Below, piece after piece: positions 19,272 through 26,505 of a stretch of 64,000 nucleotides of DNA. The translations under genes and the position numbers were made by a program. The DNA comes from Clostridia bacterium (GTDB taxonomy: Bacteria > Bacillota > Clostridia > Oscillospirales > Acutalibacteraceae), in contig JAGAJB010000008.1 of the NCBI GenBank assembly GCA_017626295.1, positions 48,565 to 112,564 of the forward strand. The letters are read 5' to 3'. A model generated the notes under the pieces. It searched no databases. It was not told the origin of the DNA and was given only the letters and a program-made list of their open reading frames with translations. The stretch's first letter is position 1; each line of letters starts with the position of its first letter.

Positions 19272-19350
19272 AAAAGTCCTTTATTATAGCGGTTTGCTTG
19301 CTTTATTGTATCATATCGTTTTGTAAATTTCAAGACCGTTTTATATTTTG

Positions 19351-19382
19351 GGACATCAAACAGACATCAGCGGACATCAAAA
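19351..19382 (+). repeat. three direct (G/A)GACATCA repeats (candidate integrase arm-type sites, int-proximal arm)
   Basis: GGACATCAAA-CAGACATCAG-CGGACATCAAAA, immediately after the int stop codon. The same octamer occurs twice at the other island end. Confidence 0.5.
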
Positions 19383-19384
19383 CA

Positions 19385-20518
19385 CTATTGCAATTTTAAG
19401 GAAATCAAGTCTGCAACTTTTGCCTTTGCACTGTCAAGAACATCAGCATACACATTCGCAGTTGTTGATACATCAGAATGACCGAGCAATTCAGAAACTA
19501 TTTTCAAATCAATACCGCTATTTATTAAAAGTGTGGCGTTGCAGTGCCTTAAACTATGCAATGTAATGAAGTCAAAGTCTGTACCTTTGACAAAACGCCT
19601 GAATTGTGTGTTGAGTCCTGACCTATCAACATAATTGCCGCTATCGGTTGTAAATACCATTTCAGGAAATTTATAATCTTTTCCGAGTTTTGCTATCTTT
19701 TCATCATTGTATTGTTTCTGCTCTAAAAAGATTTTTGCCAAAATATCCGATAATGCAATATACCTATTACTTGTTTTAGTTTTCGGCGGTTGTAACCAAT
19801 GCTTACCGCCTACATCTGTTAGTGTGTTTTCAATGTGAATAGTTTTGTTTTCAAAGTCTATATCTTGCCAACGCAGAGCTAAACATTCACCCGAACGCAT
19901 ACCTGTATATAATAAAACTTTAATAATGCGGTTGAACTGTGTGCTATCTTCAACCATTTTCAATAAGTCTTTCGCTTGATGTTCATTAAGGAAAGGCTTT
20001 TTTTCTTTTGGTTGCTTTGCTTTTGGTAATATAACCGCTTTTGTGCAGGGTGTTTCTTTTATAAAACCCTGTTCAACGGCACGAGCGAAAATGCTTTGAA
20101 GTATAACATATACTTTTCTGCAAGTCGCAGGGGCATATTTGCGAGTCTTGAAAAAGGCAGTTATCTTTGCAGGGGTAAAGTCTTTGAGTTTGATGTTTCC
20201 AAGTTCAGGCAAAAGGTGATTTTTTATCTGACTTTCATAGTTATATGCTGTAATCTCTTTTAGTTCATTCTTTGCATAGTTATCAATAAACCATTCAGCC
20301 ATATCACAGAAACGCATATTTTCATTTAATGAAGTCATACCCTTGCATTTTCTTTCAAACTCAATAGCGAATTCGTGAGCAAGTTTTTCAGCCTTTTTCG
20401 GTGTGGTATTTTCAGGCGGTTTATATGTAGTTGTTTTTCGTATCTTCTTACCGTTCACATCAAGACCGAGAGAAACGACAATCTGAAAAGTGTTTCCACG
20501 CTTATTTACTGTTGCCAT
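19385..20518 (-). CDS. int: tyrosine site-specific integrase
   Basis: 377 aa. The N-terminal arm-binding-type domain (MATVNKRGNTFQIVVSLG) is followed by a catalytic domain with R (LYTGMRSGE), HSLRHCNAT and LGHSDVSTTANVYADV (catalytic Tyr). Confidence 0.9.
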   Translation of the reverse strand: MATVNKRGNTFQIVVSLGLDVNGKKIRKTTTYKPPENTTPKKAEKLAHEFAIEFERKCKGMTSLNENMRFCDMAEWFIDNYAKNELKEITAYNYESQIKNHLLPELGNIKLKDFTPAKITAFFKTRKYAPATCRKVYVILQSIFARAVEQGFIKETPCTKAVILPKAKQPKEKKPFLNEHQAKDLLKMVEDSTQFNRIIKVLLYTGMRSGECLALRWQDIDFENKTIHIENTLTDVGGKHWLQPPKTKTSNRYIALSDILAKIFLEQKQYNDEKIAKLGKDYKFPEMVFTTDSGNYVDRSGLNTQFRRFVKGTDFDFITLHSLRHCNATLLINSGIDLKIVSELLGHSDVSTTANVYADVLDSAKAKVADLISLKLQ

Positions 20519-20527
20519 AATTAAAAC

Positions 20528-21091
20528 CTACCTCATATTTACAGGGGGATTAGCAGTGTTAGCACCTTTAGTTATAACTTTAATATCAGAAAATTCCGTT
20601 AAGCGATAATCTATTTTATCACCTTGCACCCCTGCTTTTATTTTTTCATTATAACGAGCCTTAATATCATTGAGCCACGCTTCACGCCCTGCTTCAGGTA
20701 TTCCCTTTTCTTTTACAAAATGTTCAGCGTTATCATACTCAAGAAGAAAATCACGCAAATTTTCTTCAATAGTTACGGTAAAGAAACTATCGCCACATTC
20801 GTGTTTTTTTGTACATATATTAAAATATTTCCTTAATGCTAAAAGAGTTGTACTTGCTTCATCGTTCATATCATCTGCTACACCGTATAACCAATCAAGA
20901 GAAACTCCAAAAGCATTTTTTATGCTTATTGCATTATCAAGTGTTAACTTCACTTTTCCTTGCTCTATTTTTCTTATTGTATCAGGTGAAACACCGATTT
21001 TTTCCGCAAACTCTTCTTGAGTTATATTTCCATTCTTTTCTCTTAACTCTTTTAAGCGTTGTATTGACTTCTTTTTAGTTTCTTCAGTCAT
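20528..21091 (-). CDS. XRE/cI-family HTH repressor with a non-peptidase C-terminal domain (Stl-like master repressor candidate)
   Basis: The N-terminal HTH_XRE is LKELREKNGNITQEEFAEKIGVSPDTIRKIEQGK. The C-terminal domain of about 110 aa lacks S24/LexA Ser-Lys motifs. The gene is divergent from the cro/xis/primase operon. Confidence 0.75.
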   Translation of the reverse strand: MTEETKKKSIQRLKELREKNGNITQEEFAEKIGVSPDTIRKIEQGKVKLTLDNAISIKNAFGVSLDWLYGVADDMNDEASTTLLALRKYFNICTKKHECGDSFFTVTIEENLRDFLLEYDNAEHFVKEKGIPEAGREAWLNDIKARYNEKIKAGVQGDKIDYRLTEFSDIKVITKGANTANPPVNMR

Positions 21092-21106
21092 AAAATTACC
21101 ACCTTT

Positions 21107-21164
21107 ATATTGTTGTTATTATCATTATACACCATAAATTACTAATTGTCAACAACAACATACC
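21107..21164 (-). promoter_or_regulatory. consensus promoter of the repressor gene bracketed by inverted repeats (candidate operators)
   Basis: On the minus strand, TTGACA (21147-21152), 17-nt spacer and TG-extended TATAAT (21124-21129). TTGTTGTT (21110-21117) and AACAACAA (21151-21158) form an inverted pair, the latter overlapping the -35. Confidence 0.6.
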
Positions 21165-21297
21165 AAAAGCAGTAATATTTGGTCTTGAAATTTATTTTTT
21201 ACTATCATTGGTATTCACTGTAAAATAATTCTTAAAACAAGTATAATAAACACAGTGAAGTTGCAACGCCACTAATTTCTATGAAAGGAAAACTCAA

Positions 21298-21480
21298 ATG
21301 ACAAATATTGAAATAAGACAGGCAATTAAAAATGCAAAGATTAAATATTGGCAAGTAGCTGAAAAAATGGGTATCAATGACGGTAATTTCAGCCGAAAGT
21401 TAAGAAAAGAACTACCCGAAAGCGAAAAAACAAAAATCCTTGAAATTATAGAAAATATCAAGGTAACAAATGCAATATAG
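21298..21480 (+). CDS. small Cro/Str-like regulator
   Basis: 60-aa ORF, the first gene divergent from the repressor. It has an RBS (AAAGGAAAACTCAAATG) and an HTH-like segment YWQVAEKMGINDGNFSRKL. Confidence 0.5.
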   Translation: MTNIEIRQAIKNAKIKYWQVAEKMGINDGNFSRKLRKELPESEKTKILEIIENIKVTNAI

Positions 21481-21490
21481 GCGGTGATAA

Positions 21491-21679
21491 ATGATGAAAA
21501 CATTTTATACCGTACGAGAAGTTGCACACACAGGCATACTTTCTGAATATGCTTTGCGTTTAATGCTGAAATCGGACAACCCACCCCCACACATTACAAT
21601 CAATAAAAAAGTAATGATAAACTATCCCCTTTTTATTGAATGGCTTAATAACGAAAGTAAAAAGGCGGTGAGTAGTTGA
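21491..21679 (+). CDS. xis: excisionase-family / HTH_17-like DNA-binding protein
   Basis: 62 aa. YTVREVAHTGILSEYALRLMLKS...PHITINKKVMINYPLFIEWL resembles excisionase/AlpA-type winged HTH. Its stop overlaps the primase start by 4 nt. Confidence 0.5.
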   Translation: MMKTFYTVREVAHTGILSEYALRLMLKSDNPPPHITINKKVMINYPLFIEWLNNESKKAVSS

Positions 21680-23736
21680 ACCACCTGAAGCAAAAATCTG
21701 TGTGGATAAATTGGCGTTTTGAAAAGGACAGAAACGGCAGACCGACAAAAGTACCTAAAAACTCCCGAACAGGTGGAAACGCACAATCGGACAATCCACA
21801 AACTTGGAGCAGTTTTTCAAAGGCTGAAGCCGAAAAGCAAAAATATAGTGGTATTGGCTTTATGTTTGCGAATGGCATTTGCGGTGTTGATATTGACGGT
21901 TCAGACGGACATACAAAAGAAAACCCCTTGACCGCTGAACTGCTTGAACTTTTCAAAGGTACATATATCGAAAAGAGTCCGAGCGGAAGCGGTTATCACA
22001 TCATTTTTCAGTGTGATATAAGCCAAATTCCCACAGAAACAGACAAAGACGGAAAAACAAAGTTAAACCCTGCCTATTATCAGAAAAACCCTAAAAACAA
22101 TATAGAGTGCTATATTTCAGGCATTACAAATCGTTTCTTTACCTACACAGGTAATCAAGTATCAGAGCATAGCGAAATTACAGACCAAACAGAACAGGTT
22201 TTATATCTGTTAAACAAGTTTATGTATAGAGGTGATGAGCGTATAAGTACATCAATTCTTGAAAGAGCAAGGAACGCAAAAAACGGTAATAAGTTTATCG
22301 CTTTATATGACAATGGGGATATTTCCGCATACAACAATGATGAAAGCAGTGCTGATATTGCTTTATGTAACATTCTTGCTTTTTATTTACAGGGTGATAC
22401 CGCCGCTATTGATACGGCTTTTCGTGAAAGTGCTTTATACCGTCCAAAATGGGAGCGGACAGACTACCGAGAAAACACTATATCAAAGGCTGTTGCTTTG
22501 TGTGGCGGTGAGTATTACAAAGGCAGAGGCAGACCACGCACACGCACGCAGAACGAGTCTATAACCGAAGATTTTACCCCTGATGTGTTAAGTGCTTACC
22601 TTGAAGAAAACGGCATTACAGTTCGTTTTAACGATATTACAAAAGCCGTTGATATTGAGGGTATGGAAAACGAAAGTGCAGAGCATATACAGGCTAATAT
22701 ATCGGCTATTCTTTACAGTGAATTGCAGAGTCAATACAAGCGGTGCAATATGCAGATAATTTCTTCTTACCTTGATATTATTGCAAGTCGAAACAGATAC
22801 AACCCTGTACTTGATTTTCTTGACAGTGTGGAATATGACGGTAACGATTATTTGACAGAATTATACGAAATTCTCAATATTTCCGCTGATGATACATTAA
22901 GTCGTACACTTATAAAAAAATGGCTGTGGCAGTGTATTTCAATGCTACACAATAACCCTGTTGAGCCGTTCGGTGCTGACGGTGTTCTTGTTATCACAGG
23001 TAAACAAGGTATCGGTAAAACAAGCCTATTCCGTAAACTTGCACTGAAACCGCAGTTTTTTAAAGAAGGTATCGCTTTAGACTTCAGGGATAAAGACTCA
23101 TACATTCGAGCGTTGTCCTGTTGGATAGGTGAACTCGGAGAGATTGAAACAACTTTCAAATCTGATGTTGAACGCCTAAAGGCATTTATAACACAAAATG
23201 TTGATGAATACCGAAAGGCTTACGGCAGGGGCGATATTCGGGCAGTACGCCGCACTTCTTTGTGTGGCACTTGTAACAGTGAAGAATTCCTGATTGATTG
23301 CACAGGAAATCGGCGATTTTTTAGTGTGGCGGTTGATGAAATCGACCTTGACAGACTTTCAACTTTCAATGCGGTTCAGTTATGGAAACAGATACAGGCT
23401 TTATCAAGTGGTAATTTGCAGGGCTTTAGGCTTACAAAGGAAGAACAAAAAGAACTTGCAAAGCGTAACGCAGTACACGAAAAGAAACTCAAAGGCGAAA
23501 ACGAAATTGAGGATATTCTTAATGCTGTTGATAATGCAAAGTATAAGATAAGTAACGAGTTGATGACGGTAACTGACTTCAAGCAGTTATATAGCGACGA
23601 ACTCCGAGCCTATTCCGTTGCACAAATCGGCAAAGTGCTTGATAAGTTGGGTTATTCAGCAGAGGTTAGGAAAATCAACGGACGAACGCAAAGATTAAGA
23701 GTACTACCGAGAAGAATATACAACAATTATTATTAA
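21676..23736 (+). CDS. fused AEP primase-polymerase / VirE-type P-loop ATPase (satellite pri-rep equivalent)
   Basis: The N-terminus has AEP motifs CGVDIDG (DxD) and SPSGSGYHIIF (sGxGxH). The C-terminal half has Walker A GKQGIGKTS and Walker B-like WIGELGE, as in virulence-associated protein E / D5-type replicative NTPases. Confidence 0.8.
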   Translation: MNHLKQKSVWINWRFEKDRNGRPTKVPKNSRTGGNAQSDNPQTWSSFSKAEAEKQKYSGIGFMFANGICGVDIDGSDGHTKENPLTAELLELFKGTYIEKSPSGSGYHIIFQCDISQIPTETDKDGKTKLNPAYYQKNPKNNIECYISGITNRFFTYTGNQVSEHSEITDQTEQVLYLLNKFMYRGDERISTSILERARNAKNGNKFIALYDNGDISAYNNDESSADIALCNILAFYLQGDTAAIDTAFRESALYRPKWERTDYRENTISKAVALCGGEYYKGRGRPRTRTQNESITEDFTPDVLSAYLEENGITVRFNDITKAVDIEGMENESAEHIQANISAILYSELQSQYKRCNMQIISSYLDIIASRNRYNPVLDFLDSVEYDGNDYLTELYEILNISADDTLSRTLIKKWLWQCISMLHNNPVEPFGADGVLVITGKQGIGKTSLFRKLALKPQFFKEGIALDFRDKDSYIRALSCWIGELGEIETTFKSDVERLKAFITQNVDEYRKAYGRGDIRAVRRTSLCGTCNSEEFLIDCTGNRRFFSVAVDEIDLDRLSTFNAVQLWKQIQALSSGNLQGFRLTKEEQKELAKRNAVHEKKLKGENEIEDILNAVDNAKYKISNELMTVTDFKQLYSDELRAYSVAQIGKVLDKLGYSAEVRKINGRTQRLRVLPRRIYNNYY

Positions 23737-23740
23737 ATAG

Positions 23741-23857
23741 GTTACGGTTTACAGCGGTTACAGGTAACTCTATGGGACAATAAAAAAATAAAAAAATAAT
23801 TTATTAAATTATTATGTTACAAAGAAATTTACCGTAACTCCTGTAAATTGCCGTAAC
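23741..23857. promoter_or_regulatory. candidate replication origin: imperfect inverted iteron arms flanking an AT-rich core
   Basis: The left arm is GTTACGGTTTACAGCGGTTACAGGTAAC (23741-23768). The right arm is TTACCGTAACTCCTGTAAATTGCCGTAAC (23829-23857), whose reverse complement is GTTACGGCAATTTACAGGAGTTACGGTAA. The spacer at 23779-23820 is about 90 percent A/T. The region lies directly downstream of the primase/ATPase gene. Confidence 0.5.
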
Positions 23858-23874
23858 TTTTAGAGGTGAAGCGT

Positions 23875-24087
23875 ATGAAAATACTGTTTCAAACGAAAAT
23901 CGGCACTTTCAGAGGTTGTCCGTGTGTGTTACAAAGAATAGATGATACGCCGATAAACTATGCTGAATGGTGCGTACAGTTTGCAGGTAACGGACATTAT
24001 TTTTCTAAATATGATGAAGCCGTTGCATATATCCGAAAAAGAAAATTTTTAAGCAACAAACAAATTGAATTGATAGCGAGGTGTTAA
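23875..24087 (+). CDS. hypothetical protein (island operon gene 1)
   Basis: 70-aa ORF from the ATG preceded by AGAGGTGA. The ORF track uses an upstream GTG at 23866. Confidence 0.45.
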   Translation: MKILFQTKIGTFRGCPCVLQRIDDTPINYAEWCVQFAGNGHYFSKYDEAVAYIRKRKFLSNKQIELIARC

Positions 24088-24089
24088 AG

Positions 24090-24257
24090 ATGACCGATTA
24101 TAACAAAATGCTTATTGACTTGTTAAATGAAAAAATTGATTTATTAAAAGAAAAAATAGTGCATTTAAATATTGAAAACGACTCTAAACGAAAGGAAATA
24201 AACCGCCTTAAAAGGCGTATTAAGGAAATGGAAAAACAGAATGATAATATTTCTTAA
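24090..24257 (+). CDS. small coiled-coil protein (island operon gene 2; below ORF-track cutoff)
   Basis: Manual translation gives MTDYNKMLIDLLNEKIDLLKEKIVHLNIENDSKRKEINRLKRRIKEMEKQNDNIS (55 aa). It starts 2 nt after the previous stop. Confidence 0.4.
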   Translation: MTDYNKMLIDLLNEKIDLLKEKIVHLNIENDSKRKEINRLKRRIKEMEKQNDNIS

Positions 24258-24313
24258 AAGATGTATTCAACGATTATTTGTGAAATCTGCTACAAAGAAA
24301 GAGGGTGTAAAGT

Positions 24314-24682
24314 GTGCAGAGGAAGAACGACGAGATTTTACTATCTGCTCTAATTGCGTGCGGCAGTATTCGAGCCGCTGCGAAAATTGCCGAATGTTCA
24401 GAAACGACAATCAGAACAAGGCTGAATGATGATGATTTTCGGCAAAGGTACGAACAAGCAAAAGGGGCGATTTTAACTGAAGCCTGCGACGCTATTTCTG
24501 CACGCTTAACCCGTGCTATCGATACTTTGTGTGAGGTGTTGGAAGATACCGAAAACGCCGCTACAGTTAGAGTATCAGCGGCAGACTCCCTGCTCCGTCA
24601 CGGTTTACGCTATGTTGAGGTAGCAAATATTCTTGCAAGATTAGAAGCCATAGAAAAGGCACAAAAAGATAACAATTATTGA
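24314..24682 (+). CDS. HTH protein, possibly small-terminase-like / packaging-redirecting
   Basis: GTG start preceded by GAGGGTG. The N-terminal HTH is LLSALIACGSIRAAAKIAECSETTIRTRLNDDDFRQRYEQAK, followed by a helical oligomerisation-like tail. This pattern is seen in phage proteins at the head of packaging modules. This is recognition only. Confidence 0.45.
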   Translation: MQRKNDEILLSALIACGSIRAAAKIAECSETTIRTRLNDDDFRQRYEQAKGAILTEACDAISARLTRAIDTLCEVLEDTENAATVRVSAADSLLRHGLRYVEVANILARLEAIEKAQKDNNY

Positions 24683-24683
24683 T

Positions 24684-25283
24684 TTGAAAGGAATTGATTA
24701 TATTATGACTACAAAAAGAGAGTTTTATTGGGACATCAGATGTATAGCAAATTCAACTATTGAGGATATGAACGAATTAGAAAAACAGTCAAAAGCCATT
24801 GAAAACAAGATTAAAAGCAAACGTTATACCCCTGATATTATTTCAAAAGAACTTATGCCTGAACTTCAAAATATCAAGCGTGAGATTAACAAGCGTAAAG
24901 ATGAAGGCTGTAAAGAAATTCGTACTCGTTCTGATGAATATATTGCAGAATTACGAAAGGCAGATGAACTCAACCCCGATAATTTAACTGATGATATTAA
25001 ACTGTTACAATCAGGAGTTGCTCTTTCAGCTGATGACTTGACAATGCTTTTTGACCGTAATACAGGCAATAGCACAATGCAAAAGTTAATTACCGATTAT
25101 GCAAAACAGCACAATAGAGATATTCAGCGTTTTTACAGACCGACTCACGCCGATTTGATTATAAGTGTCAATACAGTCCCTGAAGCATTGCAAACCGTTT
25201 TGAATTGGTACAATAAGCCGAGTGTTTACGAAAAACTAATCGGTGAGGGTTCACAGTTTGACCAATATTTTTGCAATGAATAA
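24684..25283 (+). CDS. hypothetical protein (island operon gene 4)
   Basis: 199-aa ORF from TTG. The likelier start is the ATG at 24705 (MTTKREFYWD). It is helical and charged, with no recognisable motif. Confidence 0.5.
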   Translation: MKGIDYIMTTKREFYWDIRCIANSTIEDMNELEKQSKAIENKIKSKRYTPDIISKELMPELQNIKREINKRKDEGCKEIRTRSDEYIAELRKADELNPDNLTDDIKLLQSGVALSADDLTMLFDRNTGNSTMQKLITDYAKQHNRDIQRFYRPTHADLIISVNTVPEALQTVLNWYNKPSVYEKLIGEGSQFDQYFCNE

Positions 25284-25566
25284 TAACATTAAGACAACGC
25301 AACGCCGTTTGCAAGACATTGAAAAGCAATTAAAAATAGAACCTATACCGAGTTTTCAAGAATTCAAAAGTGAGTGGGAAAGAATGGACTCTCTTTCCTG
25401 TTCCGTTCTTGCGGCAGAGGCAGAAAGCGGAGATTTTGAAAGTATGAGCCGAACAAGACAAAAATATATGCTTGCGGTTAAAACCTATTTACTTGAAATG
25501 GGTGTTATAAATGGCAATGAAAAAACTCTCCGAGAAATTGCAACGGAAATGGAGAATACAAATTGA
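25276..25566 (+). CDS. hypothetical protein (island operon gene 5)
   Basis: The ATG at 25276 overlaps the previous stop (ATGAATAA). 96 aa, helical. Confidence 0.45.
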   Translation: MNNNIKTTQRRLQDIEKQLKIEPIPSFQEFKSEWERMDSLSCSVLAAEAESGDFESMSRTRQKYMLAVKTYLLEMGVINGNEKTLREIATEMENTN

Positions 25567-25787
25567 AAGATATATTTTCACGCTTAAAAGAAATAGAACG
25601 CACGCAACTGTCAAGAGTCGCTGTGTTCTATCCTGACGGAAAAAGAGTTGAAGTCAATGCCTTAAAAGCCTTTAATATGGCTGTTAATTCTCCCGAAAAT
25701 ATCTCTTTTCAAGCAATAGATAACAAGGCTATGACTTCATTATTAAATGCCGTTAGGGAGTCCACATCAAAGGCGGTGGACGAATGA
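25563..25787 (+). CDS. hypothetical protein (island operon gene 6)
   Basis: 74-aa ORF. Its TTG start overlaps the preceding TGA, and its own stop overlaps the next ATG. Confidence 0.4.
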   Translation: MKDIFSRLKEIERTQLSRVAVFYPDGKRVEVNALKAFNMAVNSPENISFQAIDNKAMTSLLNAVRESTSKAVDE

Positions 25788-26011
25788 CCGATAAGGAAAA
25801 AGCCGCTATCTGTTTAATGTGTGATAAGCCTGAATGTACAGGTGAGGCAAAATGCTTTGCGGAAAGGAAAAAAGAGTATCTAAAGAAATATAATGAAGAA
25901 CGCCGAAAAGGTGAGCAAGCACTCAATTATGTTTGTAATGTGGAATACTCAAAAGCCAAAAGAAAAGCAAGAATAACGGCTATAAACAAACGTAGAAAGG
26001 ATAATGCTTAA
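25784..26011 (+). CDS. small Cys4 (CxxC-x4-C-x5-C) protein with a highly basic tail
   Basis: 75 aa: ICLMCDKPECTGEAKC followed by a K/R-rich C-terminus (KAKRKARITAINKRRKDNA). ATGA overlap with the upstream gene. Confidence 0.45.
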   Translation: MTDKEKAAICLMCDKPECTGEAKCFAERKKEYLKKYNEERRKGEQALNYVCNVEYSKAKRKARITAINKRRKDNA

Positions 26012-26293
26012 ATGAAAATAGCAAAACGTCTTGATAATATCGAGGCACATATTGAAATGCTGACAAAATATGCTCCAATTATTTTGGCTATTGATAAACA
26101 TATTCATTATGATGAACTGCCAACTGACGAATACAAAAGCCTTTATTGTGAGTATATCGGCATAGACCGAGAAACCTTTGAAAATGTGGCTGTTATGGTT
26201 TTAGGTGATTTACATATCATTTTGCGAAAAATCGAACCGCCTACAGATAAAGAACTTCAGGCAATTATTGCAGAGGTTGAAGAAAAGGTTTGA
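26012..26293 (+). CDS. hypothetical protein (island operon gene 8, last gene)
   Basis: 93-aa ORF starting immediately after the preceding TAA (TAAATG). It is followed by two hairpin/T-run terminator-like structures at about 26338-26372 and 26381-26417. Confidence 0.45.
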   Translation: MKIAKRLDNIEAHIEMLTKYAPIILAIDKHIHYDELPTDEYKSLYCEYIGIDRETFENVAVMVLGDLHIILRKIEPPTDKELQAIIAEVEEKV

Positions 26294-26430
26294 ATTAAAT
26301 TTGATTATTCCTTTATAGAGTCTCCTTTCTAAAAGAGAACCGTTCGGCATATTGTCGGGCGGTTTTCTGCTACAAATAAAAAGGCGGCTGACCGTAAAAT
26401 CAACCGCTTTTTTGCTATTTTTCTATCATT

Positions 26431-26455
26431 CGGACATCAAACGGACATCAAAAAA
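26431..26455 (+). repeat. two direct GGACATCA repeats (candidate integrase arm-type sites, int-distal arm)
   Basis: CGGACATCAAACGGACATCAAAAAA has the same octamer and orientation as the three copies at 19351-19382. Confidence 0.5.
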
Positions 26456-26490
26456 GGCTTGTAACAAGGCATAAACCCTGTAAACAAGCC
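26449..26490 (-). terminator. island-borne terminator now serving rpsI
   Basis: On the minus strand, 18 nt after the rpsI stop, an interrupted stem GGCTTGT..ACAGGG / CCTTGT..ACAAGCC is followed by TTTTTT. Confidence 0.5.
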
Positions 26491-26505
26491 ATTTTCTTGA
26501 TGAAA

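Noticed and set aside
24241-24429. 62-aa ORF overlapping the start of the island HTH gene in another frame
   Set aside because: It overlaps both the preceding coiled-coil ORF and the 24314-24682 ORF. The latter has a better RBS and a recognisable HTH, so the 62-aa frame is likely non-coding.
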